DNA of 64,000 nt from positions 832,001-896,000 of the forward strand of contig CBDATQ010000001.1 in NCBI GenBank assembly GCA_965199955.1. Direction: 5' to 3'. The notes beneath the pieces were generated by a model. That model was given only the letters and a program-made list of their open reading frames with translations, searched no databases and had not been told where the DNA came from. The position numbers and the translations under genes were made by a program. Origin of the DNA: Spirochaetia bacterium (GTDB lineage: Bacteria; Spirochaetota; Spirochaetia; SZUA-6; Bin103). Of the stretch, positions 9,666-19,075 are shown in pieces; the first letter of the stretch is position 1; each line of letters opens with the position of its first letter.

Positions 9666-10541
9666 TCACTCCTTGATGGCGCCGGCGGCGATGCCGGACA
9701 TGATCTTCTCCTGCAGGAGGATGTAGATGATGATCGACGGCACCACGTAGATCACCAGGGCGGCGAACATCGCCGAGAAATCGAACGTGAACTGCTGCAT
9801 GAAGTAGCGCATCGCCAGCGGAAGCGTCCGGTTGTGCTCGGAGGAGGTCAGCAGGAGCGCGTACAGCAGCTCGTTCCACGATCCCAGGAAGGTGAGCACC
9901 GCCGAGCTGACCAGCGCCGGCTGGGTCAGGGGAAGCATGATCCGCCAGAAGGTGCGCGGCACGCTGGCCCCCTCGATATAGGCGGACTCCTCCATCTCGT
10001 AGGGCAGGTGCATCATGTAGCTGCGCAGCACGAACAGGCACAGCGGCATGGAAAATCCCGTGTACACCAAGATCAGCGCTGCCTTGGTGTCGTAGAGCCC
10101 GAGCCGCAGCACCACCTCGTAGACCGGCTGCACCATCGTGTTGACCGGGATCAGGATCGATGAGATCAGCAGCGTGAACACCAGGGTGCGCAAGCGGAAG
10201 CGGAAGCGGGACAGGGCATAGGCCGCAAGCGAGTAGATGAACAGCGAGATGGTGGTCGTCGAGACGGCGACGATCAGCGAGGTGACGAACTTGAGGTCGA
10301 GGCGTGCGAAGCGGAACGCGGTGGCGTAGCCCTTGAGCGACGGTTGCGCCGGCAGGTTGAGCGCCGAGGAGAGGATCTCGGCGTTGGTCTCCAGGGACGA
10401 GATCACCACCCACACCAGCGGCAGCACGGAGATGGCGATCACGAAGCCCATGACTGCGTAGCCGAACAGCGCCGCCGCCCCGGCGGCAAACCGTTCCTGC
10501 GGCGTGCGCAGGCCGACCTGCTCGGCCGCCCGGCTACTCAC
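9666..10541 (-). CDS. Carbohydrate ABC transporter permease (CUT1, MalG-like)
   Basis: EESAYIEGAS EAA loop, WNELLYAL, C-terminal GIAAGAIKE. Confidence 0.92.
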   Translation of the reverse strand: MSSRAAEQVGLRTPQERFAAGAAALFGYAVMGFVIAISVLPLVWVVISSLETNAEILSSALNLPAQPSLKGYATAFRFARLDLKFVTSLIVAVSTTTISLFIYSLAAYALSRFRFRLRTLVFTLLISSILIPVNTMVQPVYEVVLRLGLYDTKAALILVYTGFSMPLCLFVLRSYMMHLPYEMEESAYIEGASVPRTFWRIMLPLTQPALVSSAVLTFLGSWNELLYALLLTSSEHNRTLPLAMRYFMQQFTFDFSAMFAALVIYVVPSIIIYILLQEKIMSGIAAGAIKE

Positions 10542-11409
10542 GGTAGCTCCTGCCCAGGCGGAACAGCCACTGCACCAGCAGGACCGCCACCATGCCCATG
10601 ACCAGCAGCACCACCGCCAGCGCGTTGGCGTAGCCGTACTCCTGGCTGTTGAGCAGGCGGTTCACCATGATCACGGAGATGTTCTGCGTGCGGTTGCCGG
10701 GACCGCCGCCGGTGGTGAGGAAGATGATCTCGAACGCCTTCAGCACCGCGGTGACGGCGATCACGATGCCGGTGCCGATGATCGGCCGGATCAGCGGCAG
10801 GTGGATGTAGAGGTCGACCTGCAGCGGGCTCGCGCCGTCGATGCGCGCCGAGTCGCCCAGCGAGTCCGGGATCGCCATCAGCTCCGACATCGTGATCAGG
10901 GTGATCACGGCGGCGAAGAACAGCCAGATCATGGTCACCGCCGTGAACGCGCTGCCGGGCTCGTACAGCCAGTTGCGGTTGAAGTCCCGGAACCCGAGAA
11001 GCTGGATGAGCCCGTTGAGGATGCCGGCGTCGGGCAGGTAGATGAAGATGAACAGCATGGACAGCGCGGTCCATCCCAGGACGTTCGGGATCATGAAGAC
11101 GGCGCGGGTGAAGCGCCAGCCGCGCGGCCGCTTGAATAGCACCAGCGCCACCAGCACCCCGAACGGCACATGGATGAACGCGGCGGCCAGCACCCACTTG
11201 ATGCTGTTGACGAACGCGGCCTGGAACTTGGCGCTGGCTGCCAGGCGCAGGTAGTTGTCGAGTCCGATGAACTGCGGCGCCTGCACTCCGTTCCACTTGG
11301 TGAAGCTGGTCGTCACCGCGGTCACCAGCGGGCCCAAGTAGACCAGCAGGAACATCGCCAGCGCCGGCAGCAGGAACAGGACTACCCACAGGCGTCCGGG
11401 CTTGATCAT
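10534..11409 (-). CDS. Carbohydrate ABC transporter permease (CUT1, MalF-like)
   Basis: FIGLDNY, DSARIDGAS, TGGGPG, YGYANA. Confidence 0.92.
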   Translation of the reverse strand: MIKPGRLWVVLFLLPALAMFLLVYLGPLVTAVTTSFTKWNGVQAPQFIGLDNYLRLAASAKFQAAFVNSIKWVLAAAFIHVPFGVLVALVLFKRPRGWRFTRAVFMIPNVLGWTALSMLFIFIYLPDAGILNGLIQLLGFRDFNRNWLYEPGSAFTAVTMIWLFFAAVITLITMSELMAIPDSLGDSARIDGASPLQVDLYIHLPLIRPIIGTGIVIAVTAVLKAFEIIFLTTGGGPGNRTQNISVIMVNRLLNSQEYGYANALAVVLLVMGMVAVLLVQWLFRLGRSYRE

Positions 11410-11438
11410 CGATTGCTCATCGGCGGGCGGGCAGGCGG

Positions 11439-11468
11439 GCCCGGTACCCGTTCGGGAGGGTACCGGGC
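11439..11468 (-). terminator. Stem-loop between SBP and permease genes (mRNA stabiliser/attenuator)
   Basis: Perfect 11-bp inverted repeat GCCCGGTACCC / GGGTACCGGGC. Confidence 0.55.
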
Positions 11469-11492
11469 GCCGTCACCCCACGCGGCGGGAGT

Positions 11493-12833
11493 CTACAGCG
11501 ATTCCAGGTACTCCTTGGCCGATGCGGCGAGCATGGCCGCGTACTCCTCCGCCGAGATCTCGCCGTACAGCAGGGCGGGGAGCTGATTGACGATCGTCTC
11601 GTTCTGGTTGATCGGATCCCACTGCGCCTGGAACCAGGGAATGGTCAGCTTCACCCCTTCGACCGCGTTGAAGTACTCGAGATTCACCGGCCCGAGGCCC
11701 GCCTTCTCTTCATCGTTCAGCGGCACCAGGTGGGTCAGGTAACCGAGCGTGATCGCCTGCTGGGCGATGTTGTCGCGGGTGGCCAGGAACTTGAGCCACT
11801 CCACCGCGCCCTCGCGCACCGGCAGGTCGTGGTCCATCGACACGCCGTGTCCGTACTCGCGGCCCAGGTTGGAGATCATCATGTCGTTGGGGAAGCGGGC
11901 GTAGCCCACCTTGTCCTCGAAGCCCTCTGGCGAGTACTGCGTGTCGCCGAAGCTGGCGATCATCCACGGGCCGTTGGCGATCATCGCCGTGTCGGAGGCG
12001 GAGAAGTGGTTGGCCGCCAGCGCGTAGGTGCCGCCGATCGCGTCGGCGGTGGTGTACTCGTACAGGCGTTCGACCATGCGCACCGCGTCGATGTAGATCT
12101 CCGAGGTGAACTCGTCGGTCGGGTAGCGGATGTCCATGAAGTCCCGACCCTCCTGGGTGCGGCCCAGGTAGGTGGTGAGCAGCAGGTTGGTGATCCAGCC
12201 GGTCTCCGTGGTGTGCATCGACAGGGGCGTGAAGCCGGCCGCCTGGAGCGTTTCGCACGCCGCGAAGAAGTCGTCCCAAGTCGTGGGGAAGGCGTCGATG
12301 CCGGCCTCGGCGAACATCTCCTTGTTGTAGTAGATGCCGATGTAGGGTGCGCCGGTGGAGGGGGCGGTGAACATCCTGCCCTCGGCGTCGGTGTTGAACT
12401 CGACGCTCTCCGGGAACGCCACCTTCTGCCACTCCGCGTCGGCGTCGAAGTAGGGCCGCTGGTCCATCAGCCGGCCGTCGCGCATCAGCGCCTCGGCGAA
12501 TGCCGCCTCCGGGCCCAGGTTGGTAACGACCGCCGGCAGGTTGCGCGCAGAGTTGAGCGCTTTCAGCTTCTGCCGCATCTCGACCGCCATGCCGGGCACC
12601 CACTCGATGTCCAGCTCGTAGCGGCCGTCGTACTTCTCGTTGAACGCGTCGATGAAACCGCGATACATCACGGTGTTGGCGTCGTTGCCGCCTTCCCGGA
12701 ACAGCATAGGGATCTTGACCTCTTCGGCCGCCCCCGTCTCTCCCTCGGCGCTGGCGAAGGCGGTTGGCGCCGCCAGCAGGGCCGCCAGCGCGGCGATCAG
12801 CGTGACCGCGGCGCGGTTCTTCGTACGATTCAT
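11493..12833 (-). CDS. Carbohydrate ABC transporter solute-binding protein (family 1)
   Basis: Signal peptide MNRTKNRAAVTLIAALAALLAAPTAFA; IYYNKEMF, PTTWDDF, AMIANGPW. Confidence 0.9.
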   Translation of the reverse strand: MNRTKNRAAVTLIAALAALLAAPTAFASAEGETGAAEEVKIPMLFREGGNDANTVMYRGFIDAFNEKYDGRYELDIEWVPGMAVEMRQKLKALNSARNLPAVVTNLGPEAAFAEALMRDGRLMDQRPYFDADAEWQKVAFPESVEFNTDAEGRMFTAPSTGAPYIGIYYNKEMFAEAGIDAFPTTWDDFFAACETLQAAGFTPLSMHTTETGWITNLLLTTYLGRTQEGRDFMDIRYPTDEFTSEIYIDAVRMVERLYEYTTADAIGGTYALAANHFSASDTAMIANGPWMIASFGDTQYSPEGFEDKVGYARFPNDMMISNLGREYGHGVSMDHDLPVREGAVEWLKFLATRDNIAQQAITLGYLTHLVPLNDEEKAGLGPVNLEYFNAVEGVKLTIPWFQAQWDPINQNETIVNQLPALLYGEISAEEYAAMLAASAKEYLESL

Positions 12834-12968
12834 GGCGAAAGTGACCTCCCGTAGTGAGTCGTGGATTACGCGGCGACGATGCCCGCGGGAGTAGGCGAGG
12901 TCAAGCCTGCGGCTTGCCCGCGGGCTGACAGCGTGCCGCGGCTCGGATAGGGTCTGGGAAGGAACGTG

Positions 12969-13745
12969 ATGACCGACGGCTTCCGAAGACTGACCGCCGA
13001 GCAGGTGAGCGCCTTTCACACCCATGGCTACGTCAAGCTGGGACCGCTGCTGGATGACGCCACGGTCGAGTTGCTGCGCCGCGAATACGACCGCGAGTTC
13101 GCGCTGGCCCGCTCCGGCGCCAGTGCATTCCGCAACCTGGCCATCGACGACACCGACGACGTGGAGGCCAAGAACGAGGCGGAGGAGCAGATGCTGCAGA
13201 TCATGCAGATGTGCGAGCGCAACCTGCACTTCCGCCGCATGCTCTACCACGAGCCGATCCTGGACTGCATCGAGGACCTGATCGGCCCCAACATCCAGCT
13301 CTTCCACGACCAGGCGCTGTACAAGCCGGCGCACCACGGCGGACCGGTGTTCTGGCACCAGGACAACGCCTACTGGCAGTGCGTGCCGGCCAACCTGGTG
13401 AGCTGCTGGATGACGCTGGACGACGTCACCGTCGACAACGGCGCGATGCAGGTGATCCCCGGCTCCCACGTGCAGGCGCTGGAGCACGACCGCTCGGCGT
13501 CCAGCAACGCGTTGCTGGACAGCGCCGATCAGGTGGACGCCTCACGGGCGGTGGCGATCGAGCTGCCCGCCGGAGGCGCCATGCTGCACCACTGCCAGAC
13601 GTTCCACTACACCGCGCCCAACAACACCCCGCGCGAACGGCGCGCCTTCATCATCCACTTCATGACGCCCGGCACCACGTCGCGCCGCACCGGCGAGCAT
13701 CTCACGGTCTCGTTCGCGCGCCCGATGCTGCGCATGAGGGTGTGA
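12969..13745 (+). CDS. Phytanoyl-CoA dioxygenase (PhyH) family protein
   Basis: FHTHGYV, KP..GG..FWHQDNAYW, NGAMQVIPGSH, HHCQTFHYT..N, RRAFIIHF. Confidence 0.9.
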   Translation: MTDGFRRLTAEQVSAFHTHGYVKLGPLLDDATVELLRREYDREFALARSGASAFRNLAIDDTDDVEAKNEAEEQMLQIMQMCERNLHFRRMLYHEPILDCIEDLIGPNIQLFHDQALYKPAHHGGPVFWHQDNAYWQCVPANLVSCWMTLDDVTVDNGAMQVIPGSHVQALEHDRSASSNALLDSADQVDASRAVAIELPAGGAMLHHCQTFHYTAPNNTPRERRAFIIHFMTPGTTSRRTGEHLTVSFARPMLRMRV

Positions 13746-13752
13746 GTCCCCC

Positions 13753-14835
13753 TCAGTAGCGGTGATCGACGCTGCCGAACAGCGTCGGCGTGTCCCAGCC
13801 CGCGCCGTCGCGCTCCACCCAGCCGGCGACCGCGGCGATCAGCTCGTCGACGCCGTCCCGCGGCTCGCCGAACGTCGCGCGGCACAGGCTGTCGTCGGTC
13901 AGCGGCAGCGTGTCGCCTTCGGCGCCGGCCAGCTTCGGGTCGCGACCCAACTCGGCTCCCAGGGCGGACACGATCCCGGCTACCCGGTGGCCGGGCCCTG
14001 ACACGTTGACCGTCCACGGCGGGTTCGCGCAATGCTCCAGGCAGCGCAGCGCCACGTCGATGGCGTCGCGCTGCGAGATGAGGTTGACCGCCGGCACCGC
14101 CAACGAAACCGGTGAGTCACGGTGGACCATGTCGGCGAGGTCGCGCAGCACGCCGTAGCACAGGTGCTGGGCGTACGCGAGGCGATAGTTGCAGATTCGC
14201 TGCGCGGGGTGCCGGCTGGCGGTGGTGGCGAAGGAGGCTTCGCGCGCGGCGATCGACCAGCCGTAGACGCCCTCCGGCTGCAGCGTGTCGGATTCCCGGC
14301 TGCCGCCCGCCACGGGCGGTCCGACGCCGGACGTTCGTTCCACGCCAGCGGGCACGGGCGCCGCGTAGTCGACACCGGCATACGGGTTGGTCGAGGAAAA
14401 CACCACGATGTTCGCGCCGCCGAACCGTTCGCCCACAAGGTAGGGGACGATCGAGTTGATGTGGAACGCGCGCCGCCAGTCGGTGCCGCTGCCGAACTTG
14501 AAGCCGAGCATGTAGACGACCTGGCGGGATTCGGGCAGTGCTTCGATGAAGCCGGGGTCGGTCAGGTCGCCGCGGATGCAACGGATTCCGCCGGCCTCCA
14601 GCGCCGCGCGGGTGGCGTCGTCGCTGAAGGTCGACGCGACGACCACATCGCGCTCGACGTCCGCCGCACGGTCGGCACGCCGCAGCGTCGCCGCCAGCTC
14701 CGGTCCCATCTTGCCGCTGCCGCCCAGGACCAGCACCGGGCCGTCGATCCGCGCCGCCGCCTCGATCAGCGCCGGCGACGGCTCGGTCATGAACCGTTGC
14801 AGCGAGCGGTCGTCGTGGACTTCGGCAAGCGTCAT
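13753..14835 (-). CDS. NAD-dependent epimerase/dehydratase family protein
   Basis: LGGSGKMGP Rossmann motif, KFGS, FSSTNPY, YGVLRD; SD GAGGAGG upstream. Confidence 0.8.
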   Translation of the reverse strand: MTLAEVHDDRSLQRFMTEPSPALIEAAARIDGPVLVLGGSGKMGPELAATLRRADRAADVERDVVVASTFSDDATRAALEAGGIRCIRGDLTDPGFIEALPESRQVVYMLGFKFGSGTDWRRAFHINSIVPYLVGERFGGANIVVFSSTNPYAGVDYAAPVPAGVERTSGVGPPVAGGSRESDTLQPEGVYGWSIAAREASFATTASRHPAQRICNYRLAYAQHLCYGVLRDLADMVHRDSPVSLAVPAVNLISQRDAIDVALRCLEHCANPPWTVNVSGPGHRVAGIVSALGAELGRDPKLAGAEGDTLPLTDDSLCRATFGEPRDGVDELIAAVAGWVERDGAGWDTPTLFGSVDHRY

Positions 14836-14937
14836 GGGCACCTCCTCGATGCGGCAGGCCGATACTCGTTCGCATCCGGCCGCCGCGTCATCGCCGCCGG
14901 CGCGGTGACGGATCGGTGGCCTGTTCAGCGCGGCGGC

Positions 14938-15744
14938 TCAGCCGGAGCCGGCCAGCCTGGGCACGGCCGCGTAGAGCTGCCGGGTGTACTGATGCTGCGG
15001 GCCGGCCGCCAGCTCCTGCGCCGTGGCTTCCTCCACCAGGCGGCCGCCCTGCATCACGCCGACGCGGTCGCAGAAGTAGGTGACCACGGCCAGGTCGTGG
15101 GAGATGAACAGCAGGGTCAGACCCAGCTCGCGGCGCAGCGTCTGCAGCAGGTCAAGGATCTGGCTGCGAACCGATACGTCCAGGGCGGAGACGATCTCGT
15201 CGCAGATGAGCGTCTCCGGCCGGACGATCAGCGCGCGGGCGATGGCGACGCGCTGGCGCTGGCCTCCGGAGAAGTCCGGCGGTCGGCGGCTCAGGTGGCG
15301 GGCGGCCAGCCCTACGGCCTCCAGGGCGGCCAGGGCGCGCTCGCGTCCGTCGTCGACGCCGCGCCAGTCGGCGGTGTAGCGCAATCCGGCGAGCAGGATC
15401 GATTCAACCCGCATGCGCGGGTTGAGGGAGCGGGCGGGGTCCTGGAACACGTACGCCAGCCGGGTGCGCAGCTCGCACCGGGCACGGGCCGTCGACCTGC
15501 TGACCTCGTGCACGACCTCGGCGCGGTCGCGGTAGGTGATAGCGCCGCTGTCGGGCCGGTACATGCCCACCGCCAGGCGGGCGGTGGTGGTCTTGCCGCT
15601 GCCCGACTCGCCGACCAGGCCGTAGGTCTCGCCGTCGTCGATGCGAAAGCTCACCTCCCGCACCGCCTGCACGTGCCGCCTTGCGGCCGCGAAGTAGCCG
15701 GCCTTCAGGGCGAACCGCTTGCTGACGGCGTCGAGCGCTAGCAT
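14938..15744 (-). CDS. Oligopeptide/dipeptide ABC ATP-binding subunit (OppF-like)
   Basis: GESGSGKTT, FSGGQRQR, ICDE..SALDVS, ISHDL. Confidence 0.92.
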   Translation of the reverse strand: MLALDAVSKRFALKAGYFAAARRHVQAVREVSFRIDDGETYGLVGESGSGKTTTARLAVGMYRPDSGAITYRDRAEVVHEVSRSTARARCELRTRLAYVFQDPARSLNPRMRVESILLAGLRYTADWRGVDDGRERALAALEAVGLAARHLSRRPPDFSGGQRQRVAIARALIVRPETLICDEIVSALDVSVRSQILDLLQTLRRELGLTLLFISHDLAVVTYFCDRVGVMQGGRLVEEATAQELAAGPQHQYTRQLYAAVPRLAGSG

Positions 15745-16814
15745 CGGGGTGCATCTGGCGCCCCGGCAGCCACGGAACCTGGCTTGACCCCCGGCAGCAC
15801 GCAGCGGTGGCGGAGCGTGAAATCGACGGAGATGTCCGGCCCTTCCGCCTGTTCGTCGACCAGCGGCGGTACAGCGCGGGCGCAGCGGGCTTCGGCCAGA
15901 GCGCAGCGCGGAGTGAACGGACAGCCCGGCTCCGGGTTCAGCGGATCGGGCACGGTGCCGGGGATGGTGCGCAGCGGCCGGTCCGTGTAGTGCACGCCCA
16001 GCTCCAGGTGGGCCTCCAGCAGGGCGCGGGTGTAGGGATGGCGCGGCTCGCTCATCACCAGTGCCGCCGGACCCTGCTCCATCACCAGGCCGCCGTACAT
16101 CACCAGGATGCGGTCGGCCACCTGGCTGACCAGCGCCAGGTCGTGGCTGATGAACAGGATCGCCAGCCCGCGCGCGGCGCGCAGCCGCAGCAGGAGCTCG
16201 ACCACCTGCGCCTGCACGGTCACGTCCAGGGCGGTGGTCGGCTCGTCGGCGATCAGCAGCTCGGGACCGGCGGCCAGCGCGTGGGCGATCATCACCCGCT
16301 GCAACATGCCGCCGGAGAACTGGTGCGGGAAACTGCCGAGCCGGCGCGCCGCTTCGGCGATCCCCACCTCTTCCAGGAGCCGTACCGAGTGGTCACGCAC
16401 CGCCTCGTCCTGCAGGTCCGGGTCGTGGGCGCGCAGCGTCTCGGCCAGCGAGCGCTCGATGGAGTAGATCGGGTCGAACGAGCGCGCCGGCTCCTGGAAG
16501 ATCATCCCCACATGGCTGCCGCGCAGGCGGCGCAGGTCCGCCGGGCGCATGGCCGTCACGTCCTCGCCGCGGAAGCGCAGCCGGCCGGCCGTGGCGCGGG
16601 CGTGCGGCGGCAGCAGGCGCACCAGGGCCAGGGCGGTGACGCTCTTGCCTGAGCCGCTCTCACCGACGACCCCCAGGACCGCGCCGGCATGGATCTCCAG
16701 GTCGACGCCGCGCACCGCCTCCAGCGGACCGCGGTCTGTGGCGAAGGTGACGGCCAGCCCGGCCGCCTCGCAGAGCGGCTGCTCGTACGCCGGAGGGACC
16801 GCGCGGTCAGCCAC
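15738..16814 (-). CDS. Oligopeptide/dipeptide ABC ATP-binding subunit (OppD-like)
   Basis: GESGSGKS, FSGGMLQR, DEPTTALD, HPYT, GCPFTPRC. Confidence 0.92.
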   Translation of the reverse strand: MADRAVPPAYEQPLCEAAGLAVTFATDRGPLEAVRGVDLEIHAGAVLGVVGESGSGKSVTALALVRLLPPHARATAGRLRFRGEDVTAMRPADLRRLRGSHVGMIFQEPARSFDPIYSIERSLAETLRAHDPDLQDEAVRDHSVRLLEEVGIAEAARRLGSFPHQFSGGMLQRVMIAHALAAGPELLIADEPTTALDVTVQAQVVELLLRLRAARGLAILFISHDLALVSQVADRILVMYGGLVMEQGPAALVMSEPRHPYTRALLEAHLELGVHYTDRPLRTIPGTVPDPLNPEPGCPFTPRCALAEARCARAVPPLVDEQAEGPDISVDFTLRHRCVLPGVKPGSVAAGAPDAPRC

Positions 16815-17949
16815 GAGCCGGCTCCCGGTGGTAGGGGTCCAGCACGTCGCGCAGCAGGTCTCCCAGGAAGCTGAACGACAGGGTGGTGATCAGGAGCGCC
16901 AGACCGGGATAGAGGAACCACGGAAAGCTGCGCAGGTTGCCCAGGGAGGTGACGTTGCGGTCCAGCATCGAGCCCCAGCTCACCGCCGGATCGGAGATGC
17001 CCAACGCCAGGTAGGAGAGCGCCGTCTCGGCCAGGATGAAGCCGGGAATGCCCAAGGCGACGCTGACGATCAGGATCGACGCCATCTGCGGGAGGATCTG
17101 CCTGACGATGATCACCAGCGGCGGGATGCCCTGCAGCCGGGCCGCGGCCACGAAGTCCTCGGTCTTGATGCTGAGCACCATGCCGCGTATCAGCCGCGCG
17201 GTGCCGGGCCAGCCGACGAACGCCAGGATCAGGGTGATGACCACGAACGACTGCCCGGAGTCCATCTTGTAGGACAGCACGGAGCGCAGGAACAGGATCA
17301 TGTAGAGGCCGGGGATGAGGATGAAGAACTCCGACAGGCGCATGATGATCCAGTCCGTGGCGCCGCCGTAGTAGCCGGCCAGCCCGCCCAGGACGATCGC
17401 CAGCGTAAGCGAGATCGAGATGGCGATGAAGCCGACGGTCAGGGAGATGCGGGAGCCGTAGAGAATGCGCGACAGGATGTCGCGGCCCAGGTGGTCGGAG
17501 CCCAGCAGGAACACCGGGTAGGCCTGCCGACCGTTCCGCCACAGCTCGCCGCCCTCCTGGTCGTCCACGTACGGCGCGACGGTTCCGAACAGGTGCACCC
17601 GCATCGGCAGCAGTCCCAGCAGCCGGTACTCCGGCCCCCGCACCAGCAGGCGTACGCGGTAGTGCTCGCCGCGGATGCGCGCATAGCTGCGGGTCACGTC
17701 GTCCACCAGGGCGCGGCGCTGCACCTGCGGGCCGAAGCCCAGCTCGGGCGAGTACCAGTCGATCGAGGGCCGGTGGTGGGTGTGGAACCGGAACGTCGTG
17801 GTGGGCTCGTAGGGCGCCAGGAACTCCGCGAACAGCATCGCTCCGTACAGCAGGATCAGCATCACCACCGAAGCGGCGGCCACCGGCCGCGCGCGCAGCC
17901 GTTGCACAAAGACGCTGCGCCGCCGCCGCGCCGGCCCGGACTCAGTCAT
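16807..17949 (-). CDS. Peptide ABC permease (OppC-like)
   Basis: LGSDHLGRD, GSRISL, AETALSYL, GDLLRDVLDP. Confidence 0.92.
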   Translation of the reverse strand: MTESGPARRRRSVFVQRLRARPVAAASVVMLILLYGAMLFAEFLAPYEPTTTFRFHTHHRPSIDWYSPELGFGPQVQRRALVDDVTRSYARIRGEHYRVRLLVRGPEYRLLGLLPMRVHLFGTVAPYVDDQEGGELWRNGRQAYPVFLLGSDHLGRDILSRILYGSRISLTVGFIAISISLTLAIVLGGLAGYYGGATDWIIMRLSEFFILIPGLYMILFLRSVLSYKMDSGQSFVVITLILAFVGWPGTARLIRGMVLSIKTEDFVAAARLQGIPPLVIIVRQILPQMASILIVSVALGIPGFILAETALSYLALGISDPAVSWGSMLDRNVTSLGNLRSFPWFLYPGLALLITTLSFSFLGDLLRDVLDPYHREPARG

Positions 17950-19042
17950 CCTGGCTGCCCGAGAAACGGATGCGCGGATCGACCACCGCCAGCAGGACGT
18001 CGGCGGTGATCATCCCCAGCAGGATCAGAAAGCTGGTGAACATGATCACGGCCAATACCAGGTTGATGTCCTCCTGGCGCACCGCCTCGTACAGCAGCCG
18101 GCCGATGCCGGGATAGGAGAAGATGATCTCCAGGATCAGCGATCCCGAGATCAGCGACGCGAACAGGTCGGCGCTGCTGGTGATGTAGGGATTGAGGGTG
18201 TTGCGGAACGCGTGCACGACGAACACGCGCCGCTCGCTGACGCCGCGCGAGCGCAACGCCGTCACGTACGGCTGACCGAGCTGGTCCAGCATGGTGGCGC
18301 GGATGTAGCGCATGGTGCCGCCGACGCCGCCCAGGAACGCCGCCAGCAGCGGCATGGCGATGTGGTGCACGTAGCTGAAGGAGAAGCGCAGCGGCGCCTC
18401 CCGGAACGGGAAGTCGGGATAAGCCGTGATCGGGAACCAGCCGCTCACGAACGCGAAGAGCTGCAGCAGGATGAGCAGCAGGATGCCGGGCAGGGCATGC
18501 AGCACAAGCGCCGCGAAGGTCGCCGCCAGGTCGGTGCGGGTCCCGGTCTTGGAGGAGAAGTAGAGCCCGGCCGCGAACGACAGCACGGTGATGAAGACCA
18601 GCTCGATCAGGTTCAGGATCAACGAGTTGATCAACCGCGAGCGGACCAGGAACAGGATCGGCGCGCGCGAGATCAGCGACCGCCCCAAGTCGCGCTCCAC
18701 CACGACCTGGTAGAGCCAGCGGGCGTACTGGGCGTAGAACGGCAGGTCCAGGCCAAGGCGTGCCTTGGCCGCGGCGATCTGCTCCTCGGTGTAGACGTTG
18801 TCAACCTGGCGGTCGGAGGAGATCAGCATCTGGCTCCGGACGTAGTTCTCGACCATGTCGCCCGGCGCCAGCTTCATCAGGGCGAACACCGCCAGGCCGA
18901 GCAGCAGCAGGAGGGCCACCATCGACGCCAGGCGGGTGGCCAGGAACCGGAGCAGCGGGCGGCGGCCGCGGGCGCGCGGGCGCCGCGCAGCCGCCGGGGG
19001 CGCCGTCGCGTCCGGCTCGGGACTACGGTCGGGCTCGGTCAT
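17942..19042 (-). CDS. Peptide ABC permease (OppB-like)
   Basis: APGD, LGLDLP, HAFRN, EIIFSYPGIG, DPRIR. Confidence 0.92.
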   Translation of the reverse strand: MTEPDRSPEPDATAPPAAARRPRARGRRPLLRFLATRLASMVALLLLLGLAVFALMKLAPGDMVENYVRSQMLISSDRQVDNVYTEEQIAAAKARLGLDLPFYAQYARWLYQVVVERDLGRSLISRAPILFLVRSRLINSLILNLIELVFITVLSFAAGLYFSSKTGTRTDLAATFAALVLHALPGILLLILLQLFAFVSGWFPITAYPDFPFREAPLRFSFSYVHHIAMPLLAAFLGGVGGTMRYIRATMLDQLGQPYVTALRSRGVSERRVFVVHAFRNTLNPYITSSADLFASLISGSLILEIIFSYPGIGRLLYEAVRQEDINLVLAVIMFTSFLILLGMITADVLLAVVDPRIRFSGSQDD

Positions 19043-19075
19043 CCGCACCGGCGCGGTCGCGGAGCGGCATCCTGG

